A stretch of DNA of 64,000 bases, taken from the NCBI GenBank assembly GCA_020137815.1, contig CM035354.1:5704001-5768000 (forward strand), in the 5' to 3' direction. This stretch comes from Hormiphora californensis. Its lineage: Eukaryota; Animalia; Ctenophora. This document shows positions 41,559-64,000 of this stretch, piece by piece; within the stretch, counting starts at the first letter, position 1, and each line of letters starts with the position of its first letter. The translations under genes and the position numbers were made by a program. The notes under the pieces are model-generated. The model saw only the letters and a program-made list of their open reading frames with translations. It was not told the DNA's origin and did not search any database.

Positions 41559-44500
41559 ATGTCGAAGGTGGCAGAGGAGACTGCTCCAGACCGGGAGGTT
41601 AAAAAGATGACAGAAGAGGAGATAGACGCCATGGACAAATCAGAACGAGGGGCCAGGGGTGCACTGAGTCTGCTGGCTGTAGTGATCCTAAGTGCTGCCT
41701 ATCTGGTAGCGTTCTGTTCACGTCTCTTTGCCGTGATCAGGTTTGAGAGCATCATCCATGAGTTCGATCCTTGGTTCAACTACCGTGCTACCCATCACAT
41801 GGTCCAGAATGGGTTCTACAACTTCCTGAACTGGTTCGATGAGAGGGCCTGGTACCCCCTCGGTCGAATTGTAGGAGGGACAGTATACCCAGGACTTATG
41901 TTGACTTCTGGAGGTATTCATTGGATCCTACAGGCTCTCAACATACCAATCCACATCAGGGATATCTGTGTCTTCCTCGCACCCATCTTCAGGTTAGTAT
42001 TTCATCGCAGAAATGTTAATATATTGATGCCGTGATTGATATAAATTATGCTAGTTAGTAGATATTGGTGTTTGTCAGTTGATTCCATGATATAACGTTA
42101 TTCCCCACAGTGGTTTGACGGCGGTAACGACGTTTTTCCTGACCCGTGAATTGTGGAGTACCGGGGCTGGTCTTCTCGCTGCCTCCTTCATTGCTATAGG
42201 TCTGTGTGATGATTTGTTAAACCAAGTTTACCGAATTTTACCATGTGTGCATGTCTCCTGATCCCCTAAAATTTTGCCTATCTAGACTTTGGCACGCCCC
42301 GGCGGGGCGGCCCCGCCCACGAAACAAATGTAAAGGAGGGTTAGAACATAACAACTAAAATTAACTTTATATCGCCCCTAACATTTTCCCCTTTTCCAGC
42401 GCCTGGTTACATTTCCCGGTCAGTGGCTGGTTCCTATGACAACGAGGGAATTGCAATATTCGCTCTCATGCTAACATTCTTCCTATGGGTAAGTTTAACA
42501 TTTCTAATTATATATTACGATAGTGACATTGCTCAAGAAGTAACTTTAGTAATTCTAGCCACGAATATTCCCGGCTCATCTCCCCCACCCACTACTAGAT
42601 TCGAGCAATGAAGCACGGTTCGGTAATGTGGGCGGTACTGGCAGCACTCAGTTACTTCTACATGGTATCCGCCTGGGGAGGGTATGTGTTCATCACCAAC
42701 TTGGTGCCCCTTCATGTTCTGATCGTGCTGCTGATGGGGAAATACAATAGCCGCATTTATATCTGTAAGTTGGGGGCGGGATTATCTTCTAGTGGCTGTG
42801 TTATTTCGCCTAATTATTACAGAACTTCAAATAGTTTGAGTGAGTAGTAGCAACACCTCTCTCAAAGAACACTGTGTACCTAACACCCCCTCCTCCCAGC
42901 GTACAGTTCCTAACATTCCCTCCTCTCTCCTCCTCACAGCGTATAACAGTACCTAACTCCACTCCCCTCCCAGCGTACTGTACCTAACATCCCCTCTCCC
43001 CCCCCCCCAGCGCTCACTATCTAACACCCTCTCCCCTCACAGCGTACAGTACATTCTACATAGTGGGTCTGGTGTGTAGTATGCAGGTTCCCTTCGTTGG
43101 TTTCCAACCCCTCAGAACTAGTGAACACATGGCTGCATTCGGGGTGTTCGGACTAATCCAGATAGTAGCGTTCCTTCACTATCTGAAAAGTGTAACATCC
43201 AAGAAACAGTTTGAGGTTTGTAATTATATTTCATCCATGACACTGACTGACAAATTAAATTACAAGCCGATCTTACAGTCACAGACACACAATAATTTGC
43301 CGAAGTTAATACATACATTACATGTCTACTGTCACTACTCTCAACCCCCCCCCCCATTGCATTTTAGGTTCTATTCAAGACAGGGTTCCTATTGTCCGCA
43401 GTGTTAGGATTCATTCTCATTACCTGCCTAACCTGGGCCGGATACATTGCCCCCTGGAGTGGACGGTTCTATTCTCTCTGGGATACCGGGTATGTCACAT
43501 TTCATTGATGCCATTCCCTCTTCACACGGCTGCTAGTGTAGGGATGACTGCGTCACCAAGTGATTTCCCTGGACTTATTGCTATTAGCAACAGATTACAG
43601 AACAGGGTTAGCAACTTGCTAACACTGTTATATACCTGATTCACGTTCTATATCTAGGTGACTAAAACATTCCCCCATAATATGGGGGAATGTTTTAGTC
43701 ACCTAGATATAGAACGTGAACATATTATGTTTTCAGGTACGCTAAGATTCACATTCCCATCATTGCGTCTGTGTCAGAGCACCAGCCGACTACCTGGGTG
43801 GCCTTCTTCTTCGACCTCCACATCATGGTGCCTCTATTTCCTGCTGGAGCATGGATCTGCTTCAAGCACCTAACCCCTGAGCGTGTCTTTAGTAAGTCAA
43901 GAGAGAGAGGGGGTTACTTAACCCCTGAGCGTGTCTTTAGTAAGTCTATAGAGAGAGGGTTACTTAACCCCTGAGCGTGTCTTTAGTAAGTCTAGAGAGA
44001 GTTATATGGATAGCCGGAACTATGTGTTCTATGTATTACTAGACGAATGTTGAGGTGGGGCACACACACAACTACACACTTGCAGAGCTCGTTGTATTTA
44101 AAAAGATGAAATAGGAAACTCATTTTATATGCAACCCTATATATGGTAGAATTGGCGCTTCAACATTTTATGTTGCCCAACCTCTTCATGAGGCAACAAA
44201 GGGGGGATATTGTAGTAGGTGACCAAGCTAGCTAGATGGTTCTTTTATAAAGAGTTAATAATAAGATGAGTAGAATTGTATTCAAAATGTTAGGGTGATT
44301 CCCTATATACTGTAAAACCAGATATTTTCACGACCATTAATTTTCGCGATTCGATCAAAATTGACTATTTTCGCGGTTTTAATTTTTGCTAATCCCACTG
44401 CCACCCCCATTTCACGGTCCTAGTCTATTGTCTAATTACGCCAAGAGTGCAGTCATCATTGCCATGAGACACCACTCACCAGACCTGCATTGCTGATTGG

Positions 44501-46856
44501 CTCTAAGAGATAGCCAATCAAGGATGAGAAAAATCGTCCAAAATATTTTCGCGGAATTTATTTTCGCGGATTTTCCAGCCAAAAATAAAGAGCGAAAATT
44601 AAAACCTCACGAAAATTAATGGTTTTACAGTATAAAGTTTGAACTGTTAAATCGAGAGAAAAACACTGCTATCACCCCTAACTACCCTCCCTCCCTCCAG
44701 TTCTCCTGTACGCCGTGTTTGCCTCCTACTTTGCTGGTGTGATGGTCCGGTTGATGCTGACCCTCACCCCGGTAGTGTGTATTCTCTCTGCTATTGCACT
44801 TAGTGTCATTATGGAGAAGTACCTCGCCAAACCTGCCACCACTGTCCAGGTATATTAACGGACAGAATTCACTGTTTCGTCAACACGGGACTTTTCACCC
44901 GTATAATGGGGTTGTGTGGCTCACACCGCGAGCACGCTCTTTGAGGGTTCGGATAATACGGGAGGGTAAGGGTTATATTAATAAATACAAGTAAATGTAA
45001 ACCAGATGATTCTCAGGAACAGAATGATGATGGAACACCTAAACAGGAGGATAACTCTCTGAGTGTTGTGATAATGACAATCCTGGCCCTTCTCTCACTC
45101 TTCTCATTTCCATTGCACATGGATCACATCCTCAGCCTACAGTTCACCCAGTATTGTTCTCGCTACCAATGGGCCTAGAGGGTACGTTGTATTGTTATTT
45201 GTTTGGTTGGTGTTCGGTAGATCGAGCAATGCACATTGTTCCGAGTCCTTCACACCATTTGGGCTTCATTTGAATCCCAGTTGTGGTTTATAAACGTAAC
45301 GCGCCTCGACTCACTTGTGTCAAAAGTAAAGGTATTATGGCGCGTGCGCGGCACAACTGTGATCTGGCATACGACACCGGCCTCATCTTCAGCAACTGTT
45401 GCAGCTGTTTTTTAGCGGATATCCATTCACCCACAAAAGCCATTTAATGCGGGGCCCAATTAAGAATTATCCAAATATTCCTTTACACTTCTCCATTTCA
45501 GTACTCGACATATTCTTGATGATTTCCGAGAGGCGTACTACTGGCTGAATCAGAATACACACGATCTTAGCAGAGTTATGAGTTGGTGGGATTATGGGTA
45601 CCAAATTGCAGGCATGGCGAACAGGTAAATGTTTTAATGCAAATGGAGTTAAAGAAGGTGAACAATATCTTGCAAAACTTCAATCTCTGGGGCGTGAGTG
45701 TGCTTGATAAAGTTCGATGCAGGAAGTTAAACTGATGGCTTTCAGGACGACATTAGTTGACAACAATACATGGAATAACAGTCATATTGCACTGGTGGGT
45801 AAGGCCATGGCAAGTAACGAGGAGAACGCTTACAAAATCATGCAGGATCTTGATGTGGATTATGTGCTGGGTGAGTAATGGATCGTCTGATATTGCAGTT
45901 GGAGTAGTGTTGGTTATAATCAAATGAGACACCTTCATAACATTTTCTCTCTCTCTCAGTAATATTTGGTGGTATGATAGGGTACTCTGGTGATGATATT
46001 AATAAGTTCCTGTGGATGGTGCGGATTGCGGAGGGAGAACACCCACAAGATATTCAGGTAACAAACAGGAGACTAGGAGAATATAGTCGGGGGCGTTGTC
46101 CAATACCCCCTACTCCCTTCTATAGCGCCCAACTCCCGCTTTGTATTGTCTTGGTTAGTTAGTAATAATAAATTATAGTGCTAATAAAATGGAAACCCCT
46201 TCCATTCCTAACACACCCCATTACAGGAGGGCCGTTACTTTACAGAACAAGGAGAGTACAGGGTAGATTCACGTGCATCCAAGATCCTAATGGAGAGTCT
46301 CATGTACAAGATGTGTTATTACCGGTTTGGGGAGGTCACAGTGGATCACAGGCAACCAGCTGGGTTCGATAGGACAAGGGATACGGTTATAGGAGACAAG
46401 AATGTTAAATTGACTCATGTTGAGGAAGCATTTACAACTACAAACTGGCTCGTCAGAATCTACAAGTAAGTTGATGCAATTATGATCTTCCTACAAAACA
46501 GCTTGATTTTAGTAATGTGACTGCTATATACGGTACACGATTGGTTAACAGTTGTTTTAAAAAGCATATATTTCCAGGGTAAAGAAGCCAGGAAATCGAG
46601 ATAAAGTGAAAACACATAAAAGTAAAAAGGACAAGCCATTGGTAAGTACACACACTTATTATGAACTGATTAAGGGCATTACTTCATTCTTACTTATCAT
46701 GAAGTGATTACGGGTATTTGTTTTTAATTTTGAGATGAGATATCTGTTGGTATTATTCCATATGCTAACACACATCCAATGTTCCAGAAATCAAGAAAGG
46801 GAGAGAAAGGCTCTGTGGGATCAACTGTGACGACATCCCGGGGAGTTCGGAAATAA
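41559..46856 (+). CDS. STT3B: Oligosaccharyltransferase catalytic subunit STT3B
   Basis: Motifs [42 protein letters not shown] (B-type), [14 protein letters not shown]. Exons: 41559-41992, 42111-42199, 42400-42488, 42599-42764, 43043-43215, 43368-43489, 43737-43891, 44701-44849, 45017-45181, 45502-45624, 45746-45870, 45960-46057, 46227-46465, 46578-46641, 46788-46856. One +1 frameshift near 45107. Confidence 0.95.
42282..42356 (-). mobile_element. Short Helitron-like element, copy 2
   Basis: GC hairpin ggcggggccgccccgcc upstream of AGTCTAG on the minus strand; shares a 31-bp block with 29523-29603. Confidence 0.5.
44310..44630. mobile_element. TA-flanked MITE
   Basis: TIR ctgtaaaacca/tggttttacag with subterminal attaattttcg repeats; tata on both sides. 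Confidence 0.8.
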
Positions 46857-47315
46857 CGGTCACAGTGACTTTAATAATTATTATATTTTCGATTACCCTT
46901 ATCAGCTAATTTAAGTTATAACAATATCTATGCCCTTTTTTCTTTGGTTTTAACTGATGACAGGGTGTCTGATTTTGGAGTATGTGTGTTTCTTACTCTG
47001 GCGTTGCAGATGTAGATTTTTTAGCAACACATTTTTGAAGTTCTTCTCCTTGTTCGCTGCTGAGTTCTTGTTAACCAAATTGAGATGAGGTTGTGCTTAA
47101 TTTGTTTGGGTGGAATAATGGAACATTGCCCATCTGTAAAATGAACGGGTGAACCAATGACAAACTTAGTAATTTTCAGTACTTGGTTACGCGCGAAATA
47201 ATTAAGAAAGCGCCGCGTAAAGACGCGCGATTGCGCGCGAATGAATTTAATTTTCAAAATTAAAAAGTTTTTTTCCCAACATTTTAAAATCACAAAAACA
47301 AGTTCTCTGTTTTTG

Positions 47316-47394
47316 TTGGAATGCGCTGCAGCCCCCTCATGCGCGCACCCCCGCAACTTATATTATATTATAAGGGGCCTGCAACGTATGCCAA
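47316..47394. mobile_element. 79-bp MULE-like mini-element
   Basis: 9-bp TSD ctgtttttg (47307-47315, 47395-47403); internally deleted, inverted copy of 34770-35345. Confidence 0.9.
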
Positions 47395-47657
47395 CTGTTT
47401 TTGCCGTTTGCGTCTCGTGTTTGCCAAATGCCATCGTTTTTCCGGTGTGCTGTGTTCACTTCTTAATTGATTCATAACATGTCCTAACATGATTCAAATG
47501 CTTATGAATAGCTTAAAATCAGATTTATTGAGTTTAATTTGAAAAATACTTAAATTTATAACTTGGATCCTTTTGGCATGGTTTCAGTTTCCAAATCAGC
47601 TATTCTCCCGAGTGTCAGATATCACATAACTCTGTTAGGTTCAGCTATGATGTAAGT

Positions 47658-62291
<14,634 letters not shown>

Positions 62292-62649
62292 GTAAGGACA
62301 GATTTGTCTCACAAAAGACTGTCCTATCCGAACCGGGCCGAAGGCTGCACTGTGTAGCGTGCACAAAGAAATAGTCGCCCAAATAGTCATGTAGTATGTA
62401 TAATGCCGCCAATTAAAACGATGTTAAATCATTTCAAAGTACTTGATAATTAAAACCCATAAAATTTTCTTTCCAAGATTTTTTTTTCAAAGAAATAATA
62501 GCCATAACAGATCAAACATTTGCATTGTCCATCAACACATCATAGCTATGGTCGGGCCACCCTGTCGCTAATGATAAATACAATGTACCTATCATGGGGA
62601 TAGGGCGACCGACGTCCGACCTCTGATTTTATATCAAACTTGTCTAAAA

Positions 62650-63397
62650 CTATTCCGTTATTATCTCCACTCCACACTCCATCAGCTCACCATCATTACA
62701 TCGACAAATTTGGTAATTCCCATCTTCAATCACAGGGACATGAGCTCCATTACTGGCCCATCCGTAGTTCCCATCCCAGTTTTTGTAGTAGCACTTGTCG
62801 TGACACACTCTCGGTGTACATCTCGCAGCACCACCCTTGCCGCACCTGCACCTATTGCACCCATTGTAGTATCTGTCACCAACAAACGCCCTACCATAAC
62901 TACCATCAGGTCCAGCAAACATACAGCAGTCCGTGCCTTTTGTGCACTCGGCATCTGAAATTAAATTAAATGTAGTAATGTGTGGTAAGGCCATTATGGT
63001 ATGCGTATGGCCTAAGGGTCGCAACCTGAGTTAAATTATTCATACTAGATAGCTTTTAAAGTGAGAGAGAACAGCAGGGATTTTCATAAAAAGTTATCTG
63101 GATACTCCTTGATGGCTAACTAAAACTTTAGTGAAAACCTATATATTTGTCCATTGACTCAATTTGACTAATATGGATAAAATGTGACTTACAGCCGGCT
63201 TCACAAGTACACACTTCGCATCCAAAGTCCCAGGTATCACCATCTCCCATACTGAAAGCACTACACGGAATTGGCCCTACAGCATCACGGATGATCTCCA
63301 TCCAGATATCATGCTTTATATCCACCGGAGGTGCAGGCTCAAAACAAGCCAGAGGCACAAAACAAGCCAGTAAGACCACAACTGCAACTCCCTTCAT
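62650..63397 (-). CDS. Secreted cysteine-rich protein with three pacifastin/VWC-like modules, nested antisense in an IQGAP intron (169 aa)
   Basis: Exons 63397-63193 and 62954-62650 join in phase 1; signal-like MKGVAVVVLLACFVPLAC; CEVCTC..G..CT and CNRCRC..GG..CTPRVC modules. Confidence 0.8.
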
Positions 63398-63470
63398 GAT
63401 TTATTACAACGAATTAGAACAACAAACTGTTGGAATTAAACTTTTAAAAAAATAATGGGTTGAAGGACTA

Positions 63471-63479
63471 CTTTTATAC
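63471..63479 (-). promoter_or_regulatory. TATA box of the nested gene
   Basis: GTATAAAAG on the minus strand about 75 bp upstream of the ATG at 63397. Confidence 0.5.
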
Positions 63480-63635
63480 CGAGCTGATGCTGAATGCATA
63501 ATTCGATTCGGAGAAAATATCTCAAAAGTAACAAGGGGTTTGTCTTCCGGGTATCCCGGAAATACCCGGATACCCGGAAATATAAAAATATCGATTTATT
63601 TATTTAATATTATGACAAGGACAGAATTGAAACTT

Positions 63636-64000
63636 TTCTCTGTCACCTTATCTGTACTTCTCTGTACACCTTATCTGTATTTCTCTGTCACCCTATCTGT
63701 ATTTCTCTGTACACCCTATCTGCATTTCTCTGTCACCCTATCTGTATTTCTCTGTACACACAATCTGTATTTCTCTGTCACCCTATCTGTATTTCTCTGT
63801 CACCCTATCTGTATTTCTCTGTCACCCTATCTGTATTTCTCTGTCACCCCATCTGTATTTCTCTGTCACCCTATCTGTATTTATCTGTCACCTTATCTGT
63901 ATTTCTCTGTCACCCTATCTGCATTTCTCTGTCACCCTATCTGTATTTCTCTGTACACACAATCTGTATTTCTCTGTCACCCTATCTGTATTTCTCTGTC
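63636..64000. repeat. 22-bp minisatellite (tatttctctgtcaccctatctg)
   Basis: Tandem copies running to the window end. Confidence 0.95.

Overview
Intron-rich animal genomic DNA with many (GA)n/(TC)n microsatellites. Short introns, a nested gene and divergent proteins suggest an early-branching metazoan such as a ctenophore; this is inference, not shown by the sequence. Resident genes, reconstructed by hand from splice sites and reading phase: a DH-PH RhoGEF (+, partly in a homopolymer-corrupted stretch), an ANTP/NKL-class homeobox gene (-, homeodomain split by two introns and missed by the ORF track), an EML/EMAP gene (+, large acidic N-terminus and a candidate alternative N-myristoylated first exon), STT3B (+), IQGAP (+, runs off the window), and a secreted pacifastin/VWC-like gene nested antisense in an IQGAP intron. 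Non-autonomous DNA transposons are dense: Kolobok-like and Tc1/mariner-like palindromes, MULE-like mini-elements with 9-bp TSDs, and other MITEs. The most notable structure is a 5,248-bp minus-strand Helitron-like insertion (35718-40965; A|TC...palindrome-CTAG|T, no TSD). It splits one arm of a foldback element with no bases gained or lost and carries about 4.4 kb of apparently captured host DNA: PDE12-like 3' exons, an AIG1/GIMAP-like gene, an RIIa/Dpy-30-like ORF and promoter-like DNA. The whole composite lies in the 5' region of STT3B.
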